Shown: piece by piece, positions 25,850 to 38,929 of the stretch | Numbering within the stretch: position 1 is the stretch's first letter | How the letters are laid out: each line of letters starts with the position of its first letter | Assembly (NCBI GenBank): GCA_951406725.2 | Contig: OX597837.1 | Span: 35,154,001-35,218,000 of the forward strand | From: Octopus vulgaris | Lineage: Eukaryota | Direction: 5' to 3' | DNA: 64,000 nt | Notes under the pieces: model-generated | The model's input: only the letters and a program-made list of their open reading frames with translations | Told to the model about the DNA's origin: nothing | Databases searched by the model: none | Made by a program: the position numbers and the translations under genes

Positions 25850-25950
25850 CTTTTTCAGCCCCATTCTGTAGAATATGCGTACAGTTGCAACAAAGTCTTC
25901 CAGCAGATGGGGAAAAGCTTTCAGTTGTAGAGTCCTGGCTTAGCTTTCTG
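25850..25950 (-). other. Candidate alternative exon of the DCDC2-like gene (5'UTR + ATG start, or poison exon)
   Basis: Long polypyrimidine tract then ctgtag|CAG (NAGNAG acceptor), donor AAG|gtaaga. Its only ATG (25864-25862, AGAATGG) gives MGLKK ending in phase 0, compatible with the 6884 exon. An in-frame TAA lies upstream. Confidence 0.5.
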
Positions 25951-26826
25951 CTACAGTTTAAAGAGGAGAGGAAGGTCGGGAGGGGGAGAGAAGGGCAGAA
26001 AGAGGGGGTGAGGAAGAGACAAGGGAAGAAAAGGGAGATAGGTAGAGAGGAGGAGGAAGATAGAAGGACGACAGAGGGAAAAAGGGAAGGAGAGATGGGG
26101 AAAGGAGAGGGAGAAAGGGAGAGAGAGAAGGAAGATAGAGAGAGACAGAGGGAAAGAGGGGAGATACTAGAAACACAGGTGGGGTGGAATAAAGAGGGAG
26201 AGTAGACAAACAGTAAAAGACAGAGAGAGAAGGAGAGGGAGGGAGGAAAAGACAAAGAGAAAGAGAGACAGATGGGTAGGGAAAGAGAGAGAGAAACAGA
26301 CAGAGAGAGAGGGGGGAAAGAGAGAAGGAGGGAGGAAGAGATAAAGAGAAAGACAGACAGATAGGGAGAGACAGACAGATAGAGAGAGAGAGGGGGAAAG
26401 ATAGAGAGGGAAAGGGAAAGAGGGAAAGGGAGAGAGAGAGAGAGAGGAGCAGACACATCTACTATTACACTATAAGAATAACAATAACATTAACAACAAG
26501 ATGACCAATGTCCAGAACACACTTTGGTCATAGGTCAGACATGAGGGCTAAAATTATATCCAGTTACAAAAACAACAACAACACCAACAACAACAGCTAG
26601 AAGAGTTTTTAGATCATTGGCTGTTAATAGGTTGGGTGGTAGGAGAAAGGTGGTGGTGGTGGTGGTGGGAGGAGAATGCCATAGTGTGTGTGGGATTTTG
26701 ATGTGTGTGTGTGTGTGTGTGCACATGTCCTATTGGACACTGACCAACACAATGTGTAAGAAATTATACGCTGAAGGTAGGGAGCTGGTCGTGGCGGGGT
26801 GGATAATACTGGGAATGATGTAATGT

Positions 26827-26865
<39 letters not shown>

Positions 26866-27412
26866 TGGACAGTGACCAGTGGGGTGGTGCTTAAGTAATT
26901 ATACAGTATGTGTGCATGCACACACACACACACAAAACACATACATATATAATGAGAGAGAGAAGTTTGTTAGAATAAACAGCAGAAAGAGAACTCAATA
27001 CATGAGTATGTATATAGATATATTTCTTTTCAGAAATATTAAATTTCTAAATATCTCATAGAGATATGTACGGTGGTTGGGCGATAGAGTGGTTGTATAC
27101 TGTCAATCTAACGTGAACGTGACAGTAGGGGATTACACCACCGCTGTTTAGCCCTAGGAAGCATCGACGCTTCCTGTCAACCATTCTATCGCCCCATCAC
27201 CGTACATATCTCTATGAGATATTTAGTAATTTTCAGTGAAGTTTATTCACATACAACCATTCTATCGCCCCATCACCGTACATATCTCTATGAGATAATT
27301 TAGAAATTTAATATTTCTGATTTTGGTGATCAGTGAATAAACTTCACTGAAAATTAGATATATATATTTACGAAGTCTAGACAGATATCTTCAGCTAGCA
27401 GGCTTCTGCTAC

Positions 27413-27459
27413 TCTAGACCGATGATGGGCAAAGACCCTGAAACATGCGTGTCTCTAGA
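27413..27459 (+). ncRNA. Minimal type I hammerhead ribozyme (one core mismatch)
   Basis: TCTAGA-CCGATGA-TGGG.CAAAGA.CCCT-GAAAC-ATGCGT-GTC-TCTAGA, with a GUC cleavage triplet and 6-bp stem I. Confidence 0.55.
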
Positions 27460-27737
27460 TCCAGGCCTAGCTGCTGGGGGTATTCGTAAATATATAAGGA
27501 CACAAGAAATGTGTCGAAGCCGACAGGAAGCGTCGATGCTTCCTAGGGCTAAACAGCGGTGGTGTAATCCCCTACTGTCACGATAAGTTGACAGTATACA
27601 ACCACTATATTTTTCTTTTATATATGTAGAAAGTTACATGCAGGTACTTTGAGTTTCATATAAAATATGTGGTGTGTTGTTGTCTGCAAAATATATTCAT
27701 CTGTGTATGGGTGTATGTGCATGCATACATACATACA

Positions 27738-27773
<36 letters not shown>

Positions 27774-28007
27774 TATTGATAGAAATGGTAAGACAACAAA
27801 AGAATGAAAGAGACCTCGATATTATGTAAATAGAGGAATTTTTCTGTAAATGTAATATGTGACAATTATTTGGTAGCCATAATAAAACTCCGAGTTTTAT
27901 CATCTCTTCAGTTATCCGGCCATCAGGGTGGCGTGGATTTCCATCCTGACATCCGAAACTCGGAGTTTTATCATGGCTATCGAATAATTGTCACATATTA
28001 TATTTAC

Positions 28008-28098
<91 letters not shown>

Positions 28099-28591
28099 TG
28101 CAGCAAGGAATTTTGTCAGTGAACAGGTCGTGGTCTCAAAGCGATGAAAATATTTTGACAAATTAAATTTAAATGATGAAGTGAATCTAACGGTTTTTGT
28201 GTGTTTCTTAAATATGGCTTGTAAACACCTTCTACGCTGCAATTGTTTTCATTCCAGCACACGATCTCAGATCAGGTCACTTGGTATGCAAGTACATCTC
28301 CCTATATATTATTTATATATATATATGATTTTTTTGCACATTCCATCCACTAATTATGAACATAATGATTATAATCTAATTCTGGTCCACCTGAAACAGC
28401 TGTTAAGAAACTATTTATTCTCTTCTTAGTATTCTGTATTTTGTATGCTCTATGTGAATATGTGTGTGTGTGCATATATGTAGCTATATGTATCTATATA
28501 AATAAATATATGTCAAAATGTGACCTCGTGTGTACTGTTGGCGATTTATTTTTTCCTTCATCTTCCCTTCTCTGGATCTTTCTTTTCCTAT

Positions 28592-28626
28592 GTTTCTGAC
28601 GAAGAGCTCCGCTCGAAACGTAAAAC
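28592..28626 (+). ncRNA. Minimal type I hammerhead ribozyme, intact core
   Basis: GTTT-CTGACGA-AGAGC-TCC-GCTC-GAAACGTA-AAAC. Stem I GTTT/AAAC, stem II GAGC/GCTC, palindromic ACGT stem III, GUA site. Confidence 0.7.
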
Positions 28627-29229
28627 CCTCCTTCTTCCCTTCCTTCCCGAGCATCCAATAATACTATATTTGTTCCACGTCCTCACGTTGTTGTGCTTTC
28701 TCTTTGTGTTTTCATGTTTGGATTAACTTTATATGTATTGATATGTGTATATGTACTTATGTAAATATATATGTCAAGCTTGAGTGTCTTCATCTGTATC
28801 ACTATCTCCATACATATGTATGTATATATATGTATATATATATATACATACATATATATATTCACACACACACACACATATATGTTATGCGTTGTTGGAG
28901 CATGTTCTGACAGCATGCAAATCATCCGTCATGGCTGGTGGCCTAACAAAGTGTTGAGTAACCCTGATAATTTATTGTACATTTTGCTTCCATATTCTTC
29001 CTTTCTTTTTGCTTAATATCATTACCTTATCTCTCACGTTAATATTTTATAGCTTACTAATTAATATCCCCACATTTATGATTTATTTCCGTAAGCACTG
29101 TTCATTGCACGGTGTATTTATATTACGTATGGTAAGATAGGTGTACTTTTCTGTGTGTCCATGTCTATACACACACCTAAACATCTGCGTACAAATTTTG
29201 CTATGTAAACATGCTCACACACACGTATA

Positions 29230-29438
29230 CTCTTTTACTCTTTTACTTGTTTCAGTCATTTGACTGCGGCCATGCTGGAGCACCGCCTTTAGTCGAGCAA
29301 CTAGACCCAAGGACTTATTCTTTGTAAGCCCAGTACTTATTCTATCGGTCTCTTTTACCGAACCGCTAAGTGACAGGGATGTAAACACGCCAGCATCGGT
29401 TGTCAAGCAATGCTAGGGGGACAGACACAGACACACAA

Positions 29439-29469
<31 letters not shown>

Positions 29470-29642
29470 CATATATACGACGGGCTTCTTTCAGTTTCCG
29501 TCTACCAAATCCACTCACAAGGCATTGGTCGGCCCGGGGCTATAGTAGAAGACACTTGCCCAAGGTGCCACGCAGTGGGACTGAACCCTGAACCATGTGG
29601 TTGGTTAGCAAGCTACTTACCACACAGCCACTCCTACGCCTA
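29230..29642 (-). mobile_element. SINE family A, full length, young
   Basis: Closely similar to the copies at 34244, 43869 and 58063; CpGs retained. Confidence 0.9.
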
Positions 29643-30460
29643 TCTGTGTATATTTTCTTGTCTTCTCATCACACGATGGTTATAAATGAGTATTTATCAT
29701 CAAACAAGTGGTATCGTTCGCTTCCGATCTTTGTTGGAAACATTTCTGGTCGAGAGAAAGTGTAACCTTTGCTTTGCAACTTGGAAAATGGGACAAAGGT
29801 TGGTTGGCAACAGGAAAGGCATCCAGCTGCAGAAATTCTGCCTCGGGGGGGTGGGGGGATTCCGTCTGACCCATGCGAGCAGGGAAAAGTGAATGGACAT
29901 TAATAGCGACAACAAGAGTGATGATGATGATGATGATGACGATGATAGTGGTAAGGAAGTTAGTACTGCTGCTGCAGCTACTGATGATGATGATGAAAAT
30001 GGTGATGATGATGATGATGGTAGTGATGATAATCTAAGTGGTAATGATGTTTGCGATGATGATGATGAGGATGATGATGACAACTACGACGATGATGATG
30101 ATGATGTTAGCAACAATGAAGATAATATATTCTGCATATTTCTCTGTTTCATTTGCTCTCTTTCTTATTTTAACCTTTCACATTTCCTTCGTCCCTTCTT
30201 TTCACACACACACACAAACTGTCTGTCTGTCTGTCTCTCACCTAATTCTCTTCCTCCTCTCCTTTTTCTTTCACCCTCTCTTATCCTACCACTCCTCCCA
30301 CTACCACCACTGAACTCGTTGTTCTTTCTCCCCCCCCCCGGCCCTCCCTCACCTCACCCCCAACATTCTTTTAATGTCTCACAAGAGTTAAAAAACTAAA
30401 CTAAAAATATCAGCCAAAATCATAGCCTGGACTGGACTGACACCGAAATATCACCTCTGA

Positions 30461-30461
<1 letters not shown>

Positions 30462-30500
<39 letters not shown>

Positions 30501-31020
30501 CCCACACATACATATTCACACACACACACACACACACACAAATATGTGCATGCATGTACACATATACAAATGCACACTTCAACATGCATACAAGCACATA
30601 CACACACATGTCCACGCAAACATGCACACACACACACACACTTATGCAGACACACACATACATGCCCATACATACATATTCACACACACACACAAACATG
30701 CATGTACACACATACATATGCACACTACAACATGCATACAAGCACATACACACAAACATGCACACTCACACACACACACACATGTATGGAGACACACACA
30801 CACTTACATGCTCACACATACATATTCACACACACACACACACACAAACATTCACATGCATGTACACATATACATATGCACACTTCAACACACATACACA
30901 CACACATGTATGGAGACACACACACACATGTATGGAGACACACATACATGCTCACACATACATATTCACACACACACACACACACACATACTTAAACATG
31001 CATACACATAAACACACGAA
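30462..31020. repeat. Compound (CA)n/(CATA)n microsatellite
   Basis: Low-complexity CA tract; explains the HT/CV-rich ORFs. Confidence 0.9.
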
Positions 31021-31422
31021 CGAACACACACCCATTACACACACATTTGGCCCCTTCCAACCCCAAATGCCGGATGACAAGGGGGACTGGAGTGAGTTAT
31101 TTCATTTTATTTTGTGAAAAAATAGATCTGACTGAACGGAACTAATCAATTATAGACAACAACAACAACAACAATAATTCTTTCTAATCTTTTGGCACGA
31201 GGCCAGTAATTCTAGGTGGGGACAAGAAGGTTAATCAATTACTTTGACCCCGGTGATCAACAGGTGCTGCTAAATTTATTGACCGAGAAAGGATTAAAGG
31301 CCAAGATGACCTCTGGGTATATAAAGGGACAGTGGAAATGAGGTAAAGCAAGTCCCTTAGCATGATAATGACTCTACAGGCTCAAGCCCTTAATAATAAT
31401 AATAATAATAATGATAATAATG

Positions 31423-31453
<31 letters not shown>

Positions 31454-32171
31454 TAATAATAATAATAATAATGTGGTGCCATCAAAGTGACACTGGGGTA
31501 AAATATACAAAGCCCAATATACCCATCATGACTACCCGTCTGATAAGGGTACACCAGGCACATGCATCACAACCATATGTGCGCAACATGGTGATCTCAT
31601 ATCAAGATAAATAGCACATGACCTTGCAGGTGGAGCCCAGTTAGAATTTTCTTCAGGTTGGGTAGCCCATCCTGCTCAAAAGGTCCCTGAATAAGGGTTG
31701 TTTAAGGATGTTGAAAGAACCACCCATGTTTCCAGAGGTGAATTATTCAAACCCCAAAGAATCCCTCTCAACACATGGCTATGATGCTCCCCCACATAAT
31801 AATAATAATGTGGTGCCCCAGCATGGCCACAGCTTGTGAGCTGAAACTAGATAAGATAAAATAAAATAAAAATAAAAAAATAATAATAATGATAATGATG
31901 ATGATGATAATAATAATAATTAATTCGTTTATTGGCCACAAGGGCTAACAAAAATCAGATGAAACATGTAGGGCCAAAATACAGGACGAAAGTTACAAAA
32001 AGGGTTTTGTCCGTTTGAAAAAAAATCCATGTACAAATGCAATATAACTCCCAATAGGGGGAAGGTGCAACGAAAGGTTACTCGTGGAAAAACCCATAAA
32101 AGCCACGGGAGCCTGGTCAAAAAGCGGGTAGAGAGCCCTTTTCTCCTTTTATATTTACCTTTTTTTGATAA

Positions 32172-32530
32172 AAAGAGCACTCAGAGAGTGCAAACCTCCG
32201 CCAAGGTAACACCAATGTCCTCTCAATGATTTACTGGAGATGATTTTTAAAATGTGAATATCCGAAATAAACTTGACTGCTCTCACAAACGAGACTATTA
32301 AAAATGAACCCGACTGCTCTCAAAAATTAAATAAAAAACAGGAAAAATAATCCAGAATCCTTGTCCAGTCCTGGATCAATCCCGAAATCTTATCAGTTCA
32401 TGCCAGTCACAAGGCCAAACATATCTGAAAGTTTCATCCGAATCCATCCAGTGGTTCTAGGGATATCTTGTCCACGGACAAACAAACACAACTGAAAACA
32501 ACACCTCCACCTTCGCTAAGGTGGAGATAA
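32172..32530. mobile_element. Non-autonomous DNA element (possibly Crypton-type)
   Basis: aagagcactcagagagtgcaaacctccgccaagg ... ccttcgctaaggtggagataat. A reversed partial copy lies at ~14818-15066. Superfamily assignment is tentative. Confidence 0.45.
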
Positions 32531-32549
32531 TAATAATAATGATGATAAT

Positions 32550-32978
32550 GATTTCAAATTTTTGCCACATGAGCAGCTTGGGGGAGGGGATTAAGTCGAT
32601 TACATTGACCCCAGTATGTAACTGGTACTTATTTAATCAACCCTGAAAGGATGAAAGGCAAAGTCGACCTCAGCAGAATTTGAACTCAGAACGTAGCAGC
32701 AGACAAAATACTACAATGTATTTCACCCGGCGTGCTAACAATTCTGCCAGCTCGCCAAATAATAATAATAATAATAATGATAATAATCATTTCTACTCTA
32801 GGCACAAGGCCTGAAGTTTACAGGGAGGGGACTCATCAATTACATCAACCCTGGTGTTTCACTAGTCCTTATTTTATCAAACCTGAAAGGATGAAAGACA
32901 AAGTTGGCCTTGGCAGAATTTGAACTCAAAATGTTAGGATGGACAAAATGCTGCTAAGCATTTTTCCAGCTCACTACC

Positions 32979-33024
<46 letters not shown>

Positions 33025-33515
33025 TGATGATGATGATAATGACGAGGATTTCAAATTTTGTCATAAAGCCAGTAATTTCAGGGGAGGGGTTATGTTGATT
33101 ACATCAACCCCAGTATTCAACTGGTACTTATTTTATCAACCCCCAAAGAGATGAAAGGCAAAGCTGACCTCGGCGGAATTTGAACTCAGAACCTAAAGAT
33201 AGACAAAACCTCTGCTAGCTTGCTGCCTTATCAAATAGTATATATTAAACGTTATTTATTCTTTTCTACAAGGCCCGAAATTTTGGGGGAGGGGGCTAGT
33301 CAATCAGATTGACCCCAGTACACAACTGATAATTTATCGACCCCAGTATGCAACCGGTAATTAACTTATCAACCCTTGTACGCAACTGGTACTTAATTTA
33401 TTGGCCCTGAAAGGATGAAAGGCAAAGTCGACCTTGGCGGAATTTGAACTCAGAATGTAGACAGACGAAATACTGCTAAGCATTTCACTTGGCGTACTAA
33501 CAATTCTGCCAACTC
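32550..33515 (-). mobile_element. Cluster of four SINE family B copies in an (AAT)n tract
   Basis: Repeated ggatgaaaggcaaagtcgacc...gaatttgaactcagaa units. Confidence 0.8.
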
Positions 33516-34243
33516 AATGTGTTTAAAATCATACAAAGTAGATAGCATTAATCCTTTTGATACCAAACCATACAAGACCATTCCTAGTTCTATGATATAA
33601 ATTTCTTCTTGTAACCCTTTCATTACTAGATCTTAACTGAAATAAATACACAGCCTTTTTTTTTGGGGGGGGGGTCTTTTCCTTTTGAACGGCAGGGTTA
33701 GTGACAGGATGTTATCTCAGTTTTAGACGCAGCAAATGATTTTAGCTCAATAGAGGCCATCGATTGGTTAAAATTTGAAAAATTAAACTACGTTAAACTT
33801 ACAAATTACAATTTTCTCAAGAAACCCAAGAGAAAAAAATGTTTTATTTTGACACATTCTACCAGTATACGAAGTTTAAAAGTGCTTAGTTAACTAGAAA
33901 TTGTGTTGAAAACTGTCGTTCAAAAGGAAAAGATCCTTTGTTTTTTCTTTCAGTTAATCTTAAAAATAATAAATAATTTAGCAAAATAACTTTATCATTC
34001 TTAAGCTGGTGTTTGGAACCTAAATTGACATAAAAGTTTGATGGAATGTTTTAATGTAGAACGCTTTAATCCTTTTATCCTATTTCTGTTGGAATATCAG
34101 GGCTTTATTCCAATTCATTTTGAAATTAATGAAGAATTTAGTAAGATAACTTTGTTGCTATTAAACTTTTACATGGGACAAATTAACGAGAAAGTTTGAT
34201 TCATGGCTTTAGCCCATTGCCTGCCATATTGTTCATTGTATTT

Positions 34244-34650
34244 ATAGGCGCAGGAGTGGCTGTGTGGTAAGTAGCTTGTTTACCAACCACATGGTTCCAG
34301 GTTCAGTCCCACTGCGTGGCACCTTGGACAAGTGTCTTCTACTATAGCCTTGGGCCAACCAATGCCTTGTGAGTGGATTTGGTAGACGGAAACTGAAAGA
34401 AGCCCGTCGTATATATGTATATATATATGTGTGTGTGTGCGTGTATGTTTGTGTTTGTCCCTCTAGCATTGCTTGACAACCGATGCTGGTGTGTTTACGT
34501 CCCCGTCACTTAGTGGTTCGGCAAAAGAGACCGATAGAATAAGTACTGGGCTTACAAAGAATAAGTCCCGGGGTCGATTTGCTCGACTAAAGGCGGTGCT
34601 CCAGCATGGCCGCAGTCAAATGACTGAAACAAGTAAAAGAGTAAAAGAGA
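34244..34650 (+). mobile_element. SINE family A, full length
   Basis: ataggcgcaggagtggctgtgtgg...gactgaaacaagtaaaagagtaaaagag. Confidence 0.9.
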
Positions 34651-35731
34651 GCACTACAATTGCAGAGGTGTGTTTAACAATATTTAGTAGTTCAAGTTTG
34701 TCATTATTAGCTCTGGCTAATTCTAGGGGACATTTTATGTCATAAATTGCAATTTTTGAACTACAAAAATATCGACTATTATGAAAACGTTTTCTTTTCG
34801 TTTTTTTTTTTTTTGCATTTCCCATTTATATCATTCATTGATATTTCATACACATTCGCATTTGATACTATAGTTTCAAAAAAACTGAAACGTTTATTAT
34901 TGCAATTGAACAGAAAAGGATAAATATGCTTTTTTCCAGCAATCCCCATTTGAGGCTTTTTGAAATATTTATCATAATTCCCCAAATAATTCACATATGA
35001 AGAAAATTTAAATACATATTATTTTAACTCGTAAGACACCTCGCAAAGCCAAAACATATAAATAAAAAAACTGGCAGTTAATGGGTTAATTTAGATCACT
35101 TTAACCTTTTTGTTACCAGATTTCAGTTAAAATACACCAAGTTTATTTCTATTAATTTCGAAAACAATGAATTTAGTAAAATAACTGGTGTTTGGAACAA
35201 ATTAACATGAAAATTTGGTGGAAGATTTTAATTTAAATTAATTCAAATAATAAGTTGTGTTATAGAAGTAGGGGTGGTCTCAGGTGGGTTGGCATCAAAA
35301 GGGTTAAAGTGATGTAAATTATATTTTTCCATCAAAACTTTCATGCTAATTTGTGTTCCAAACGCCAGCTTAGTAATGACAAATTTATTTTTACTAAATT
35401 CTTAATCATTTTCGAAATTTATTGAAACAAAGTCAGCGTATTTCAATAGGAATAACATAACGAGGTTTAAATTGATCGAAATTAAAACCTTCCATCAAAA
35501 TGCCATGTTAATTAATGTTCTAAATGCCAGCTTAATAATGACAAAGTTATTTTACTAAATTCATTATTTTCAAAATTAATGGAAACAAAGTCAGTGGATT
35601 TCAGGAAAAATAACCGAATGGAAAGGCTAAAAAAGTGTACATAATACAGATTGATACGTTTAAAATTAGATAAGATATTATTATACTTGTTTCAGTCATT
35701 TGACTGTGGCCATGCTGGAGCACTGTCTTAA

Positions 35732-35951
35732 CCCTTTAGTGTTCAGATTATTGTGTCAAATGTGATGTTTGTTTATTTAAAATGGTTTGAATTAATCATG
35801 CATTATCTTGTAGTTTAGAGATTTTGGTGATGTGATTTTTTAGTTTTAGAACGACATGGTAGGGCTGAGGTGAGAGGCGAGATCTGGTCAGTTTCAATAT
35901 ATAACAGGTTAAATATTTTGGCCAGATATGGCCGGTTTGAATGCTAAAGGG
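35732..35951. mobile_element. piggyBac-type MITE nested in a SINE A
   Basis: TTAA|CCCTTTAG ... CTAAAGGG|TTAA, splitting the SINE at 35685-36270. Confidence 0.7.
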
Positions 35952-37130
35952 TTAAAGGGTTTTAGTTGAAGAAATCAATCCCAAGAATTATTCTTTGTAA
36001 GCCTGGTACTTATTCTATTGGTCTCTTTTGCCGAACTGCTAAGTTACGGGGATATAAACACACCAGCACCGGTTGTCAAGCGATGTCAGGATGACAAACA
36101 CACACACACACACACATACGATGGGCTTCTTTCAGTTTCTGTCTAGCAAATCCACTCACAAGGCTTTGGTTGGTCTGAAGCTATAGTAGAAGACACTTGC
36201 CCAAGGTGCCACGCAGTGGGACTGAACCCAGAACAATGTGGTTCGTACCACACAGCTACTCCTACGCCTATGTATTTTAATAGAAATGTGTGAGTCCTTT
36301 TGAGCATGTGGGATGCATTGTAGGGCCAGGTATTGACTGTGTAAGAGTATGCGTCTACCAAGATACTTGGTGACCGTATCTGTGCTGGTGCCATGTAAAA
36401 AGCATTAATAATGGTGCCACATGAAAAGTACTCAGTACGATCTGCAATGTGGTTGGCAACAGGAAGAGCATCCAGGTGTAGAAACCAAGTCAAAACAAAC
36501 TATGGGACCTAGCCTTGCCACCTTCTGTCAAACCGTCCAACCCATGTCAGCATGGAAAACAGATGTTAAATGATGGTGATGATGATGATGAAGATACTAA
36601 ATTGTGTACATGTGTGCGTGTGTGTGTGTGTATGGGTTTAGAGTATAGTAAATATTCATCATAAATTGGTCTCAAATTTTGACACAAGGCCAGCACTTAT
36701 TCTGTCAACCCTAGAAGGATAAAATGTAAAGATGACCTCACTGGAGTTTGAACTCAGAGTGAAGAGCGTGATGGAATTCCACTAAGTGTTTTGCCTGTGT
36801 GCTAACAATTCTGCCAGCTTGCCACCTGAGTAATTACTCATTATGTATTAAAAGGTGATATGTTAAAAATTTATCAAGATATTTGTGGCTATACTATATA
36901 TAGACATATATATTATACATGAGTGTGTGTGTATGTGCATGTATATATCTGTCTATGCCTCACTCTCTCTCTCTCTCTCTCTCTCATATACACACACACA
37001 CATCATAAATATAATTATAAGTTTTCACTATATATTGACTATAGAAAATAGTCTAAATAGTCTAATATTAGGGTATATAAACCCCTAATGGAAAAAAATG
37101 GGCATTAGTATAGGCGGGAATTGAATCCAC

Positions 37131-37174
<44 letters not shown>

Positions 37175-37629
37175 TCATTTAACATAAACAGTATTTAAAT
37201 ATGAGCTATCAATAGTTTCATGCTCTGGAAACATAATAATTCAACAGATTTATACATCATACCTTTTATCTCAAAAGCAATCCTTCTGGATTGAAAACAA
37301 TGATGGATAAATCTGCCAAGTTATTATGTTTCCAGAGCATGAAACTTTCAGTAGTTCGTATCTAATATTGCGTGTACTAAATGACATTTATCTCTCACAC
37401 AGGCTAGAGTACTTTTCAAGTTGATCTTACTAATAACGGAACAGTAAACTACATATGTGTGTGTGTGTGTGTGTGTGTATTCCACTCATATATATACGAG
37501 TACACACAGCGCTGGTATATTTACCATTTACAATTCAGTAGCCGGTGTGTTTAATGTAGATCAAATGATGACCAAACCACTCAAGGATAAATTGATAGAT
37601 TGATTATTGGCTAAGATGACACACCAACA

Positions 37630-38325
<696 letters not shown>

Positions 38326-38929
38326 ACGCATAAATTGTGGTTTTCTTGTATCTCTTTCACTGAAAATAGATCTATACAGATACATCTTCAGCGAAAGAGG
38401 TGTAGGGAAAACCACAAAGTAGGAGGGTTCCTGTAATTCTTTCACTACTTTTTCTTACACTCTTTCTTGTCTTAGTCATTTGATTGTGGACATGCTGGAG
38501 CACTGCCTTAAGGTTTTTTTTGTTTTTAGCTGAAGAAATCAACCCCAGGACTTATTTTTTTGTAAGTCTAATACTTATTCTGTTGGTCTCTTTTGCTGAA
38601 CTGCTAAGTTACAGGGACATAAACACACCAGCATCACTTGTCAAGCGATGGCAGGGTGACACACAAACTAACACACACACATACACAAATATATGTACAC
38701 ACACACACACACACATATATATGTATGTATATATATATATATATATATATACGAGTGAGGGGGACAAACGAAAAAGGGCACTCAACCAATTTATTGGGAG
38801 TTACATGTATGGAACAGAACATTTTAATTCAAATTCATTGGTGCTCTTGAGTTTCAAGAATGATGCTAGTCGTCAGCCAGTTTGAATTTGAATAACAAAT
38901 GTTGATTCTTATAACCATAAGGTGGGCTG

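Noticed and set aside
29893-30399. Acidic Asp-rich protein
   Set aside because: An expanded (GAT)n tail of retroelement family C followed by a CT-rich tract.
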